Source: Octopus vulgaris (taxonomy: Eukaryota). Taken from it: a stretch of DNA of 64,000 nucleotides. Location of the stretch: NCBI GenBank assembly GCA_951406725.2, contig OX597824.1, forward strand, positions 13,516,001-13,580,000. Reading direction: 5' to 3'. Shown piece after piece: positions 28,281 through 42,983 of the stretch; position 1 is the stretch's first letter; each line of letters begins with the position of its first letter. The notes below the pieces were generated by a model, which worked only from the letters and a program-made list of their open reading frames with translations, was not told the origin of the DNA and made no database searches. The position numbers were made by a program, and so were the translations under genes.

Positions 28281-28699
28281 AAGTAACGGGTTCATCAGTT
28301 TACTTACCAATGCAATGATTTTAATTATACTGTACACATCATTTTCAGAGATGCTTACCTTTTACAAACTTATGGTACACAATGTCTCCAAGAAGAATTG
28401 TATCAGCAGGTATACTCAGAAGCTAACAAGACACCCTCCACTTGACACGTCGAATTGTTAAAATCAGCATCAAAATCTGTTTCATAATTCATGGATATTT
28501 GACTGCTATTTCAACAGGTATGATTACCAAAGTCGAGCCACTTGAAAAATCATTAGATTGTCTATCATTAGATACCTTGTATATGTCTTGTTTAGCCCAA
28601 TCCTGTTTGATCAATAATGAGCACAACAACAATAGCACCTATTCTCAGTAATATATATTTTAAAAAATGGTTGTGACTAATATTAGAAGCATTAGCTAA

Positions 28700-29100
28700 G
28701 GTGGTGAGATGGCAGAAACGTTAGCACGCTGGGCGAAACGCTTAGCGGTATTTCGTCTGCGTTACGTTGTGAGTTCAAATTCCGCCGAGGTCGACTTTGC
28801 CTTTCATCCTTTCGGGGTCGATAAATTAAGTACCAGTTACGCACTGGGGTCGATGTAATCGACTTAATACCTATGTCTGTCCTTGTTTGTCCGCTCTGTG
28901 TTTAGCCCCTTGTGGGTAATAAAGAAATAGGTATTTCGTCTGCCGCTACGTTCTGACTTCAAATTCCGCCGAGGTCGACTTTGCCTTTCATCATTTCGGG
29001 GTCGCTAAATTAAGTACTTGTTGCGTACTGGAGTCGATCTAATCGACTGACTACTAACCCCTTACTCAAACATTTCGGACCTTGTGTCTAGTGTAGGAAA
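28700..29100 (+). mobile_element. SINE family B with internal tandem duplication
   Basis: The B-box/core segment occurs twice (about 28747-28865 and 28930-29048). Confidence 0.8.
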
Positions 29101-29348
29101 GAATATTAGAAACATTATTCTCGAGGGAAAGAAAGCAACACTAATGAGTCCCTAATCATTAAATTTTTGTCAGTTAAACCGACTGAAACGATTTACTTGC
29201 AATATCTTCTGCATAGCTTGGCAATCCCCTGAGGTATGATGGACGTTAACAGATTACATTCCCAGGAATGTGACATACGCTTCATCTAAATACATAGCTG
29301 CTGCTGCTGCTGCAAATAGTAATGATGATGATGATGATGATGATGATA

Positions 29349-29390
<42 letters not shown>

Positions 29391-29403
29391 GTAATGATAA
29401 TAA

Positions 29404-29612
29404 TGGTTTCAAATTTTGCCACAAAGGCAGCAGTTTGGGGCAAAAGGATGAGTCGATTACATCGACACCAGTGTTCAACTGGTACTTATTTAATCAACCG
29501 CGAAAGGATCAAAGGCGAAGTTGACCTCGGAGGAATTTGAACTCAGAACGTAGTGACGTGCGAAATACTGCTGAGCATTTCATCCAGCGAGCTATCGATT
29601 CTGCCAGCCTTA

Positions 29613-29668
<56 letters not shown>

Positions 29669-30196
29669 AAGAAGAAGAATAAGAATAATAATGATTTCTA
29701 AATTTTCCACAAGGGCACCAGTTTGATGGGAGTGGTTGAGTCTATTACAATTACCCCAGTGTTCAACTGGCACTTATTTTATCGAACCCGAAATGAGGAA
29801 AAGCTGTTGCTCTCCCGATCGGAAGATCATTATTTCAATTCTGAGACCGGGTGGTGCGTTGATTACGTCGACTCCATTTCTCAGCCGATAATTATTTTCT
29901 CGAATTTGAACTCAGAACGGAAAGAGTCGAAAAAATGCTGCAAATCATTTTTGTCCAACGCGATAATGATTCTACCATCTCGCTGTCTATACAAGCCTTT
30001 TCTGCTATAGACACAAAGCCTGCAAATTTTGGAGGAGTAAGTCGATTACATCGACGCCAGTACTTATTTTATCAACCCCGTAAAGGTGAAGGGCAAAGTC
30101 AACCCCAGCGGAATTTGAACTCAGAACGTAAAGACGGAGAAAGTGCCGCTAGGTGTTTTGCCCGGCGCCATAGCGATTAAGTCATGTCGCCGCCTT
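29404..30196 (-). mobile_element. Cluster of family-B SINE copies and fragments separated by (AAT)n/(TTA)n
   Basis: Reverse-complement matches at about 29404-29610, 29695-29975 and 30010-30196. Confidence 0.7.
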
Positions 30197-30284
30197 AATA
30201 CTGCCTGTATAATAATGAGACACAACGAGACGAACAAGTGGAGTTAAATAACTCAAGAAGACAGGATACATATATATATTATAA

Positions 30285-30418
<134 letters not shown>

Positions 30419-30459
30419 TAGATAGATAGATAGTTAGGTGTGTACAAGCAAACCCGGAT

Positions 30460-31000
30460 GTACTATTTACTCAAACAATTCATCTTCCTGATTAGATAAT
30501 GTTTTGTTGAAGCGAAAATTCCATATCTTAATATTTGTTAAAATGTAAATTCCTGAGAATGGCGATTTTAGATTTGCAATACAAAACAGGTGGAAAACTC
30601 TAGTGCTCAAACGCTTTGCTCCATTCCAAGGAATTTTTGGAATGTAAAAGCTATCTACAGTATCATTACTGAGTAGACAAAATGACAGCAATGATGAAAA
30701 AGTAGGATGTATGTTGTTACTAGCGTGTCTAGAATGCGTCCTATTATCCATTCTATGTCAAAGTTTGAGTTATTTCCTTCCATTTTAACTTGGCTTACGT
30801 AGATAATGCTCGGGAATTGTATAAATTCCATTCACCTCTGCATCACTATACTTATTAGATATATTGCCATGCTAGAAAATCGATATAAAATTTGATCACA
30901 GATTCTGTTTTCATTTTTACGCCTTAAGTAAAACTGAAGCCATATGAAAATCTATTGTTTTTCATTACTAACAGCTCTAGTTGCAAAAACAACACAGAAA
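30460..31000 (-). mobile_element. Possible degenerate Penelope GIY-YIG endonuclease C-terminal remnant
   Basis: Minus-strand fragments NSRALST* and NFDIEWII resemble the NSTxLSKY...FxIKWxIL segment of Penelope endonucleases; ends next to the (TA)n tract at 30268-30430. Many disablements. Confidence 0.3.
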
Positions 31001-32488
31001 AGAGAGAAAAACTTTTAATTCAATATCACCTTTCTCTGCGTCTAGCACTTTTATATTAAAAATATCTTAAACCAAACCTGAGATTTTTCTCGGCTCTTTT
31101 TAATTCCATTCAATACGTAATTTACTTTCGCAAGTAATGTATGACTTGATCAAATTTAAGCATTAACACATATGACATTCGTTTTAACTAAATTTCCGCA
31201 ATGCTATTCTTGTCAATCAGAAAATTTATTCTTTATCTTTGAGATGTACTTCGTTCTACATATGACTCTACTGCATTGTATTCGTACTCGAAGTACTACT
31301 GCTTGTGTTTTATGTTATACGTAAATGGTGACATCTTTCGTCCTGGTTCAAAACAACATATTAATACAAAGCAAAACGTTTACAAAATAAAATCGTATTT
31401 TTATACCTTTCAAGAGAGCATTAGATTTGAAGAAATAACTGAGGTCTGTAATTTAAAACAGGTAATGAAACAGATCCCTATAAAGTGATACGGTCGGGCA
31501 TTGTTTGTTATAAAGAACCAAAGTAGCATTTTTCCACAATCACAAACGTTCTGAAGCGCTGCAATGTAACATTGGAATTTTTTTTCAGAAGGTGCAAACA
31601 AACTGAAACAGAATCATACAATACACTACCTGGTATATAATGTTATATTATATATTTTTTGTGCCGTAACCAAAGGCAAAAGAAAGAGCCCATAAATCTT
31701 CTGTGGAGCATAGGTAGAAATTACGAATGAAGAAAACATGTTTCATGGTTTATCACTAGGCTAGAGACTTTGTTTGCGGAATACAGGAGAATAGACTCTG
31801 CTAAGAACACCGAGTTGGCGGTTTGTGGCATTAAACTGGGTTGAGCAGTTAAACAGAGCTTAATTTTATTTATGAGGCGCGAGTGTATGCAAGGCTTTCT
31901 GAATTAAAATATGTCCCACTTCGAAAAAGAAGTGTGTTTCGGCCCCAATTTGTCAAATGATTAATTGTGGCTTTAACTGATTTCTAAAATCGGTACAAGG
32001 TCAGTCTTCGTGAATAAGTAAACATAAAACCGATAATGCATTTTTACGCACATATTTGGCACCTATATTAAAGCGTTAGAGGAATGGTGGCAAATTTGAT
32101 CACGGTAAAATTTAAAGTCGTTATTGCATCGAAAGGACCATTATAACAAAATAAGGTAACACATTTACTTCGGTGCCCAACAGTTTTAGAAATCTTTCCT
32201 GTTCTTACTAAGAATAAGTATTTACTAACTGATGGACCTGGGTAGCAATTTGGTACTTTTGATTTATCAAGTTGGAAAATATTCCAATTCTAATGTTTTC
32301 AATAACGAATACATTAGTTGCAGGAATTTATTTCGGCTAATAAAATTATCAGCAAAACATTTAGAGATAATAACGTTATGCCATTGCTTTTTATTGGTTC
32401 TCCATAAATATCAATCGTTCCAATCACGGAAAACAGCAAAATCAAAATATAGCATGTATCGATATAAATATAGATTATACTTGAATAA

Positions 32489-32868
<380 letters not shown>

Positions 32869-33192
32869 AATAAAATAATAAAAACTGGCAGAGAAACGTT
32901 TAATGGTATTTATCCTTTTTTATATAGATATTTTCTATTTGCTTTCGTCACCATAAAATAATTCTATAACGTTCTTTCACTGAACTTCCATATTGATCAA
33001 CATTCTTTTATGCAGCAAATAGCAGAATCATATGCCACATCATTGAATTGGCCGAGTTTAACGTTCTCTTTGATCTATGCTGGTTCATTACTCAGTTTAG
33101 CCATATCAGACAACTTCTATTGAGTCTTCGAAATCTAATAAACTCAACGTTAACATTGATGATATTTCATTAATGAAAGTTGTCAGAGAACC

Positions 33193-33234
<42 letters not shown>

Positions 33235-33239
<5 letters not shown>

Positions 33240-34620
33240 TGGAAGCGGCTCTTCTGTGAAACTGAACTACTAAGGTATATGTTTCGTCAAGTATACCCTC
33301 TAATCGTGACTCTAAGAAATTATGCTTTCGAAAATACTAAGGAGCTTTGAGCCCGATTTCACATTTCGTTATGAAGTGGGCAGCTTTAAGTAGAGTAGAG
33401 ATCAATCTCGCCACATAAAAGTATGTTCCAGAACATCGATCAGTAGAAATTATGTATTACGTGTCCTGTCAAAACTCCAAGAACAATCTAAAATAGATTT
33501 AAATTCAAAGACTCTTGAGCAAAATGTGATAATACTTTGATCATTTATCCATTTAAGTTTCAGGTTAATATGGTTAACATCTTATAACATAATCTGAGTA
33601 TTCACTATTAAGAATAGCATTTAATAACATATTAATTTATAGAAATCATTAAGGATAGCATCTCATAACAGTCATTAGCATAGATTATTTGGGTTAACAT
33701 CTAACAACACAATCGTTTACATAGTCGGCGAATTAAATGCTTCAGGTTCTATTAGAAGTCAGTATTGATAGTTTTATTTGCGTTGATTTCGTCTTTCCTC
33801 CTTATATTTTCGGAACACCTGACATCCAGAAAGTTTTACATGATTAGCCATTCTAAATGTCGTTAGAGAATTTGTGATATATCGAACCTTATAGTACAAT
33901 TATGATATGCAGGATTCAATACTAATATACATCAAGGGATTGACTATCATTTGCAGGGTTTCTTGGTCCATATCGAATGTCTAGAGCAGTGGTCTTCAAC
34001 AATTGTTTAATCTATAAACCCATTTCCTTGTGTACTCGGAGGGGACACTTATAGCCACTGCATGCTCAAATAATTACTATTATATTTTAATAATTAAGTA
34101 TTATAAAGAATTGCAAAAAAAATTGTTAAAATATTTCGAGTATTGTAAAAGCATAACCAATTTATTCTAACAAATTTTCACTACAAAAGCTTACATGGAG
34201 TTCCAAAGATCATATGCACCCCGGTTGAGAACGACTGGTCTAGATGTTAGTAAACCCATTCGTATGTTTGGGCGTAGGTCATCAACAGAGTGAAAGATTG
34301 GTTATATTCCATCCTCTAATATATTCAATAAAGTGAATACATAATGTACTAACATCTTAGAATTTGGAAACCTCCCCACCGTATGGAATGTCATTATATA
34401 ATGAAACAGGTCAAGCTGTCGAACTCTTATCTGGCGATTGTGTCCTCTAATAAAACCAAGTGGTCAACGATTTCAACGTTATTACTTTTAACTGAATAAT
34501 ATATGCACTATGCAAGATATAGCTGTTATTTACAAGTTTCCATTAGATAAATAATATACTGTGAAATAGCTCATTGAAACCAGTACAACATGACGGTGGG
34601 ATGGAGATATGAACTGAAGT
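33235..34620 (-). mobile_element. Highly degenerate Penelope-like retroelement remnant, interrupted by a hAT MITE
   Basis: Minus-strand peptides VSLYNDIP (34384-34407; compare SLYTNIP) and NFLDVR (about 33818-33835; compare PFLDV) occur in the expected RT order. A degenerate hammerhead-like motif (33271-33320) and a (TA)n tract follow at the 3' end. No intact ORF. Confidence 0.45.
33987..34237. mobile_element. hAT (Charlie-type) MITE
   Basis: TIRs CAGTGGTCTTCAAC / GTTGAGAACGACTG; 8-bp TSD GTCTAGAG (33979-33986) / GTCTAGAT (34238-34245), fitting the NTCTAGAN target. Confidence 0.9.
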
Positions 34621-34642
34621 GTCTCAGTTCCACATCTGTGAG

Positions 34643-34695
<53 letters not shown>

Positions 34696-34734
34696 GGCCG
34701 CTCTCAAAAATTAAGTAAAAAAAAAAAAACAGGA

Positions 34735-34926
34735 AAAATAATCCAGAATCCTTGTCTGGTACCAGATCAATCCCAGAATCTAATCAGTTTGTGTCAGTGA
34801 CCTGGCTAAACATTCCTGAAAGTTTCATCTGAATCCATCCAGCGGTTCTTGAGATATCTTGTCCACTGACAAACAAACAAGCTCGACTGAAAACAATACC
34901 TCCGCCTTAGCGAAGGTGGAAGTAAT
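34735..34926 (+). mobile_element. 3' part of a Helentron/HINE-like non-autonomous element
   Basis: Internal aagtttcat...gaatcc...cggttcttgagatatc motif, short (ACAA)n run, and terminal hairpin ACCTCCGCCTT-AGCG-AAGGTGGAAGT. Confidence 0.55.
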
Positions 34927-34974
34927 AATAATATAAACTATGAGCGTGAGCGTGCATCCAGTTTTACAAAAGGA

Positions 34975-35353
34975 AGCACTCCGTCGGTTACGACGACGAG
35001 GGTACCGGTTGATCCGATCAACGGAACAGCCTGCTCGTGAAATTAACGTGTAAGTGGCTGAGCACTCCACAGACACGTGTACCCTTAACGTAGTTCTCGG
35101 GGATATTCAGCGTGACACAGAGAGTGACAAGGCCGGCCCTTTGAAATACAGGTACAACAGAAACAGGAAGAAAGAGTGAGAGAAAGTTGTGGTGAAAGAG
35201 TACAGCAGGGATCACCACCATCCCCTGCCGGAGCCTCGTGGAGCTTTAGGTGTTTTCGCTCAATAAACACTCACAACGCCCGGTCTGGGAATCGAAACCG
35301 CGATCCTACGACCGCGAGTTCACTGCCCTAACCACTGGGCCATTGCGCCTCCA
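34975..35353 (-). mobile_element. tRNA-derived SINE (head H1 + tail T1)
   Basis: A box tggcccagtgg, B box gtttcgattcc; tail shared with 12040-12362. Confidence 0.85.
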
Positions 35354-35412
35354 GTTTTACAATAAGGTCACATGCGTCACCCTTAAAGTAAGTGAAAGAA
35401 TAGTAAAAGAAA

Positions 35413-35721
35413 GTTGTTGTTTTTTGTTCCTTCTCGAGCTACGCCTGGCTTATAGGGCCGTTTTCCTGGTTTCCTTGGCGTATAGGTTCCCCACCTGGAC
35501 GGGACGCCGGTCCGTCGCAGGTGAGCTGCGAAGATGCAGAAGGAAAGAGTGAGAGAAAGTTGTGGCGAAAGAGTCAGCAGAAGTTCGACATTACCTTCTG
35601 CCGGAGCCGCGTGGAGCTTAGGTGTTTTTCTCTCATAAACACATCGCCCGGTCTGAAATTCGAACCCACGATCCCTCGATCGCGACTCCGCTGCTCTAAC
35701 CACTAGGCCATGTGCCTCCAC
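35413..35721 (-). mobile_element. tRNA-derived SINE (head H1 + tail T2)
   Basis: A box tggcctagtgg, B box gttcgaattt; tail ...gctcgagaaggaac followed by (AAC)n. Second copy at 36761-37070. Confidence 0.85.
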
Positions 35722-36760
35722 AAAAGAAAGTTCACCAACTGAAATGTAAGATAGGAAACTGATTGTACATTGTATAATAGTAACCTACTTGTAGGTTTCT
35801 TAACTTCCGTTATGGCATTTAACAGGGTGTTTGCGACTTATATTCATTTGCAAAAAGGTTCTAAATATCAGAAAGAAACTAGTGATTAGATTTTCTACCC
35901 ATTCACAATAACAATTAACCCTCGGTAAATTGATGTAATCAAGAAGGGCTCACGAAAATTACGTTAATTTTGAAGAATTATGCAAACAGAAAAACCTGAA
36001 GAATGTTTTAATGAAGCAAATTAACGATAAATTTTCAATTGCTAAAAGAAACACTTACATAATAAAAAAAAGTTAGAACTCAGCTAATCTAATGACCCTT
36101 TCGCTGTTGAGTAAACAACATGCACAAAAAAAAATCTCTGAAATATCTAAAATCTGTAAGATTGCCTATTTACCGGGATACAGTTGTATTTAGTTATGCT
36201 CTCTGTTGACTAATTCTACAAACAGAATGAAATATTAATTAATAAGTTAGTATTGTAAATTGTATTAGCACAGAAGCGAATCGCAGAAATGTTAGAGAAA
36301 ATAATTTGCTCGTCATAATTGAAATTTTCCTTCAGTTTTCCTAATGAATTTAGTTGGGAATATTTATTCAGCGCAGTTCATAGTATACGCATAGTAAATT
36401 GAATATGTTTGGCATAATTACGAGAAATGACAAAGAAACATCTTAGATTGTAGTATTAAATTCGGTTAATTGTTTGTCTTATTTAAGTAAATTAATTTAG
36501 GTGATAGAGTGAATTAACAAAGAAAACATGTTGAAAGTAATGTACAGACTTTAATCTTGTTGCCACCATATTGAGATTAATTTGAATAATTTTCTATTAC
36601 AATAATTATAGTCAGTAAGTCATCGTCTGAAAATACAATCTGGAAAGTGAAAGGGTTTTGATTGAAGTCATATTTTGTGATGTCATAATAACATACACCA
36701 GGATTTATGACATTGCCAAATCCAACGTTTTTTGAAATCACTATAAATATTACTTATAGT

Positions 36761-37070
36761 AGTTGTTGTTTGTTCCTTCTCGAGCCATGCCTGGCGAATA
36801 AGGGCTCATAAGCGCCGGTTTCGCGGTTTCCTTGACGTATAGGTTCCCCACTTGGATGGGACGCCGGTCCGTCGCAGGTGAGCTGCGAAGATGCAGGAGG
36901 AAAGAGCGAGAGAAAGTTGTGGCGAAGAGTCAGCAGATGTTCGCCGTTACCTTCTGCTGGAGCCGTGTGGAGCTTAGATGTTTCGCTCATAAACACACAC
37001 ATCACCCGGTCTGAGATTCGAGTACGCGACCCCTCGACCGTGAGTCCGCTGCTCTAACCACTTGGCCCAC
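36761..37070 (-). mobile_element. tRNA-derived SINE (head H1 + tail T2)
   Basis: Close paralogue of 35413-35721. Confidence 0.85.
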
Positions 37071-38307
37071 ACCGATAGTTAGGACATTATAATATTTTCG
37101 ATTTACCAAGGAAATAGAAGGTCTATCGATATATAAACACAAGCTAGGATAAAATAGCTCTTAATAGCCATTTGACAACTGTACGTAAGCATGAACGTTG
37201 AAGTTAAGATGTTAATAATATGGTGTTAGTAGTAAGGCTCTGTGTGTATGTGTGTGTATGCGATAGGGTTAACACGCGTAGATAATTTGAAAATATGTCT
37301 ACAAAAGTGGTATGGTCTTCGTCCATGCGTGAGTTTCTGAGGCATGTTCGTATATATATATATTAATGTATTCGAAATGGAAACAACTATCAACTTGACA
37401 ATACTCATAGCTTGATATCTCCATTTTTCACACAGTTTATCCTGAGGGGTCTATGTGAATAAGTGTGAAACCCAGCATATAATAAGTTGATGAATATGCA
37501 TTGAGTAATAATTTATCGTTCTTAAAATTCGAACATATGAACACACAGATATTCGAATATATGTGTATGTGTGCGCTTTTATTCATGGATGCATATTATA
37601 TTTACTGACTAAGGAATATATACGTCTATTACTGTCATGAGATCTTTGTGCGAAAACAAATAACACAAAAATATAATGAAACAAAAGCTGGCAAAGAAAA
37701 TATTGTAATGCATCAATTTTCTTTTCCATTTTTTTCTGGCCGCGCGAAACTCGGTTGTCACGCTATGAATGCAGAAAAAAAAATCCAGAGAAAGAAAGGA
37801 ACACATCGGATACCTTAATTAAATTTACTGCTTTCATAAGAGCGAGAAAAACAATAAAGTTGTTGATCAATATCTCCTGGAATCATATCATGAGAGTGTC
37901 TAGAAAGAAAAGAAATGATTACAAATATTGTTTGCCTTCCTCTGTTCAACTTGATTAAATATAAATAAATACAAAAATAATTCTCATTATATATTAGCTC
38001 TGACAGTTCGGTAATACATATTTCCGATATTTTGCGAAGCATTCTGATCTCTCATTACTGGAACATATGTCTATATTTTACAATATTTTCTTGTAAATAG
38101 CAAGGCGGGCGCTGAGCTGTATGAGTTGGTTGATCGGTATGCAAGAAACAACAGCCAAATCTCCCTCAAATGTTATTTAAAAGGAAGGGGAAATGGCACA
38201 TTAGACGCCCCTTCTAAAAAGACCCGATAGTTATTGCTAGTGACTTCGATTCCGTCCATATTGAAGAAGAGCGTTCAAAGCGCTTCCAATAATCAGTATT
38301 CTTTAAA

Positions 38308-39005
38308 TCCGATTAGATCGACTCCAGTACGCATCTGGTACTTAGCTTTTCGACCTCGAAAGGATGAAAGGCAAAGTCGACCTCGGCGGAACGTGAACTC
38401 AGAATGTAAAGGCAGACGACATACTGCTAAGCATTTCACCCTGTGTGCCAATGTTTCTAATTCTTGTTGCACAGAAGGGGCTAAACATAAAGGGGACAAA
38501 CAGGGACAGACAAACGGATTAAGTCGATTATATCGACCCAAGTGCGTAACTGGTACTTAATTTATCGACCCCGAAAGGAGAAAAGGCAAAGTCGACCTCG
38601 GCGGAATTTGAGCTCAGAACGTAGCCGCAGACGAAATACTTCTAAGCATTTTTTCCCGGCGTGCTAACGTTTCTGCCAGCTCGCCGCCCCAAAAGTATTC
38701 GTTTCTAATCTAGACACAAAGCCCGAAATTTTTTGGAGGGGGGACCAGTGATTAGATCAACCTCAGTACAAAGCTGGTACTACGTTAATCGACCCCGTAG
38801 AATGATGCAGAATGACGCCGAACGAGGTGCATAATAATAATGTGCACGTCGGGTAAAATGCTTAGCGGCATTTCGTTCGTCTTAACGTTCTGAGTTCAAA
38901 TTCGGCCGGGGTCGATGAAATAAGTACCAGTTACGTACTGGATCGGATGTAGTCGACTATCCCCCTCCCTTAAAGTTTCAAGCCTTCTGCCTATAGTAGA
39001 AAGGG
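38308..39005. mobile_element. Cluster of family-B SINEs (minus copies 38308-38800, plus copy 38845-39005)
   Basis: Repeated gaaaggcaaagtcgacctcggcggaa core on the minus strand, then a plus-strand copy ending in (TTA)n. Confidence 0.75.
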
Positions 39006-39035
39006 CTATTATTATTATAATTATTATTATTATTA

Positions 39036-39096
<61 letters not shown>

Positions 39097-40724
39097 CTGC
39101 GAGGTTGCACTAACAAAGACCGTGTGTTTTTTCATTTGTTTGTGCTACCTTGACAATTACTGGGGGTTTTTTTCAAAGGATATGTGTGTTCAGTTTGCAT
39201 TGATATAAGGCTAAACAATAACAAATGCCGTTAAGGTTTTGTCTTTTTTTTTTATTTGCAATTGGCCTCCATAATTTTAATTTCGTACTAGGATGTAAAC
39301 AAGACACTGCGAGTGAGAATTAACAATCACTTCAGCGTACCAAACATTTTGTAAGTAAATCAATTCGTTGAAGAATGCAGGAGAATTAAAAGAATCACTC
39401 AAAATATATAATTATGTACTCAGTCACATTAGACTGTTTTTTTATTGAACCGTATTTACTACACCGTTCGTTCATTCATTTATTTTTTTTATGACGATAT
39501 TTCCTCGAAGACAGCTAAGTCTTAAAACACTAATTTTGTTTTTTATTATCGTCTGAATTTCCGTTTCAATATCTGTGTACAGTTGTTAATTGTTATCTTT
39601 ATGATTTGTTTGTGTATTTTTTAAAAACATTAATAAAGAAACAAAAACAATCTTCAAAATGTAAAAACATAAATACATAAATCTAGTTTAAAATCTGTCA
39701 AAGTAATATATCTTTGACAACACGGAAAATATCTGTCTAATGTACCTATTTTCGTACCTACCTACCTGCAAACCCATCTACTAATCATTGGGATGTATGC
39801 ACGTATGTGTCTGTACTTGTGTGCATGTATGAAAGTATGTATGTATGTATGTATGTATCGATCTTTCGCTCGCTCCTCCTACATATCTATCCATATACCT
39901 ATCTAATTAGATTTTTTACATTACTCGGGTCGGGACAAGCTGTGCTTAGCAAGTAACACATTTATCTGTGTTACTTATGTTGAGTGGTGATTAAATTTAA
40001 AATTGCTTTATCTCTTCCTCTAATAGACGAGACTACAAATCTCTTGGGAGATAAAAAAAAGAAGAGAAGAACAGATGATGGCATTCTTTTCAATGAAAGT
40101 CTGATGCTAATTTGTAGATTTAATCTATAGATTCTAATTTCAGTTTTGATTCGTTGCCAACATAAAGACCACATTTCTCTATGTATTAAGATACAACAAT
40201 TTAGAGGTGTGTTTATTCGGATATTTTTCCATTTTCGAAATGGACAGATGATATGTATTCATTTGGCTATCTTCCGTTGTTTACCAACCAGAAAAGGACG
40301 AATGTTTCAAAAATATATTCATTAAACATTAATTTCAATGCAGCCGACCATGAAACATCGATTGGGTTGGTAATTTTCATGTTCTGTCACACAGTTGGTA
40401 CTTTCGACAAGTGAGTTAAATTTAATGTTTCAGTCAGTAACTAAGAACCTTCATTGACGACCTTTCTATGTTGGGCATATTTTGAAACAAGATATTTTGT
40501 ATGTCTCCGGGGAAATATACTTCGAACATGTCAAAAAAATCATTAACCAACCAAGAATGATTTCACTAACTATAAGATTTAATTTACTTCTCCACCTCTC
40601 ACTAAACACCCTTGTTAATGTTAGGGAAATAATGGCATTGCAGATTTTGGTTTTCTCCTTTTTCATTGTGTGTTCAAATCCTATAAAAGTCAACATTTGT
40701 TTTCATTCATCTTATAATATTTTC

Positions 40725-41111
40725 TACTCTAGGCACAAGGCGCGAAATTTTAGGGTAGGGGCCAGTCGATTAGATCGACCTCATTACGCAACTAGTACTT
40801 AATTTATCAACCCCGAAAGGATGAAAGGTAAAGTCAACCTCGGCGGAATTTGAAGTTAGAACGTAAAGAAGGACGAAATACCTATTTCTTTACTGCCCAC
40901 AAGGTGCTACACACAAAGGGGACAAACAAGGATAGACAAACGGATTAAACGATTATATCGACCCCAGTGCGTAACTGGTACTTATTTAATCGACCCCGAA
41001 AGGATGAAAGGCGAAGTCGACCTCGGTGGAATTTGCACTCAGAACGTTACGGCAGACGAAATACCGCTAACCATTTCGCCCGGCGTGCAAACGCTTCTGC
41101 CAGCTCGCCGG
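40725..41111 (-). mobile_element. SINE family B, duplicated form
   Basis: Reverse complement of the 28700-29100 structure. Confidence 0.8.
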
Positions 41112-41701
41112 CTTCCCATTACTCCTACAACGATACAAAATGGGTTGTTTTCTTTGTCTATCGAATAAATTCAATTCAATCGTCAAGGTCCCGCTGCCAT
41201 TCTATCTTATAATGTGAGAAATCTAAAAAATTTCAAATCGATTAGAAATAATAAATGCCCCTTAAAGTATAACTTCGTAGATATATTTTACACTATATCA
41301 CGTCTTCATATAATGTTTTGCTATATGTTTTTATTGATACCAACTTTGATATCCGGCTTTTCTTCACTGTCATTCGTACTTTAATACTCTGGTATTAAGT
41401 ACGCATTACAGGAGTGTACAAGAAGATAAGATTTCCGATGGATAAGTTTTCTGATCAGTTGTTCATTGAAATTATTATTCAGCAATTGTATTTTATTTTA
41501 TTTGTTCATTTAGTTATTGCTTACTCAGGACAGCAGATTTAGATTGCATATCAGTATATTTCAGTTTAAGGCGGCGAGCTTACAGAATCTTTAGCACACC
41601 AAGCAAAATGCTTAGTGGCATTTCTTCTGTATTTATGTTCAAATGTTGCTAAGGTCGACTTTGCCACGTGTTTCGGCCATTGGACTGATCCCGTGCTGTA
41701 T

Positions 41702-41868
41702 CATAGCCTGAGCAAATTGCGGCGCGCTAGAATTTCTGAATAGCACCCTAATAGGTTACCCCAAATTTAGTTTCCTTGATATATATTTTGTATATTTCGC
41801 GGTGCGGTCCGCCTGATGATGCGCTATGTCTCATGCGACTCATCTGACGCAAAGTTTGTCCATGCCTG
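41702..41868. mobile_element. Degenerate hAT MITE inserted in a SINE fragment
   Basis: Ends gcctgagcaaattgcggc and gtttgtccatgcctg resemble CAGGCNTGGNCAAA TIRs; interrupts a minus-strand family-A SINE tail. Confidence 0.45.
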
Positions 41869-42888
41869 GTTTAGAATCGAAAACATTGACCCCAATACTT
41901 ATTTTTTTAAATCTGGTGCTCCTGTCGATTTCTTTTGCCGAACGCTGCAGAGTTAGGGGACGTAAACAGACCAACACCAGTTGTCATGTGGTGGAGGGGA
42001 CAGACAGACATGCATACACACACACACACACTCACCTGCAAGCGAAGTAGAAGACATTTTTTCAAGGTGTCGCAGTTTAGGACAGCATATGAAACAACGT
42101 GGTTAGAAATTACGCTCCTTGCCCACACAACTATGCATACTTGCCATATTTATGTTCATACGACTCTTGTGCCTCAACTTTGCAAACGGTATTAAGGTTC
42201 CATGCAAACGGTATTAAGGATTCTTGAGTTAAGAGAATTGGTTTTTTAAGTGAAAGTGAAAGCTATTTACATCTTACTTTTCAAATATGCTTTGGCGTTT
42301 TTCAGAAATAATACGTAGATTGTAAATCTTTATCACCAGTAGATTTTAATAGCAGAAGCTAAATATATCGGTTGGACGTCGTGACTTCGAGACTGAAATT
42401 AACTAATTGCCTGTAGGTCTCATTGATTATTAAGTGAGTTGATAACATCGAATTCAGAACCAGTGTTGATTTGGCTTTAATAATTACGTCTAGCACCGTA
42501 TTGTACTCTGAGAATATATATATATATATATATATCAGAAGTAAAAAATAAAGGATTGATCCAGGCAGATACCTATGAAACAATTAGTGTTAAATGAATT
42601 TGGCAAACTATATCAGGCGAACAGATACTAATAAATGTGTGTAAGATTAACACCCAAGGTTATTCTTCATGAATGAGAAGAAAATCTAAATATCGCTTAG
42701 AAGAATTTCAAGAAATTCGGATTATAAGAGAATAAGAAGGAAAATGAAGAAATCACGTTTCATTGGTGGGTTACTCCACGCACACTCACATACATACGTA
42801 CATAGATATATACATACATACATACATACATACATACGTACATACATACAAATATACATACAAACGTACGTACATACCAATATGTATG

Positions 42889-42946
<58 letters not shown>

Positions 42947-42983
42947 TATATATATATATGTGTGTGTGCGTCTGTGTGTGTGT

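Noticed and set aside
41813-41865. CTGATGA followed by TGCG...CGCA as a possible hammerhead
   Set aside because: No GAAA after stem II and no stem I; lies inside a hAT MITE.
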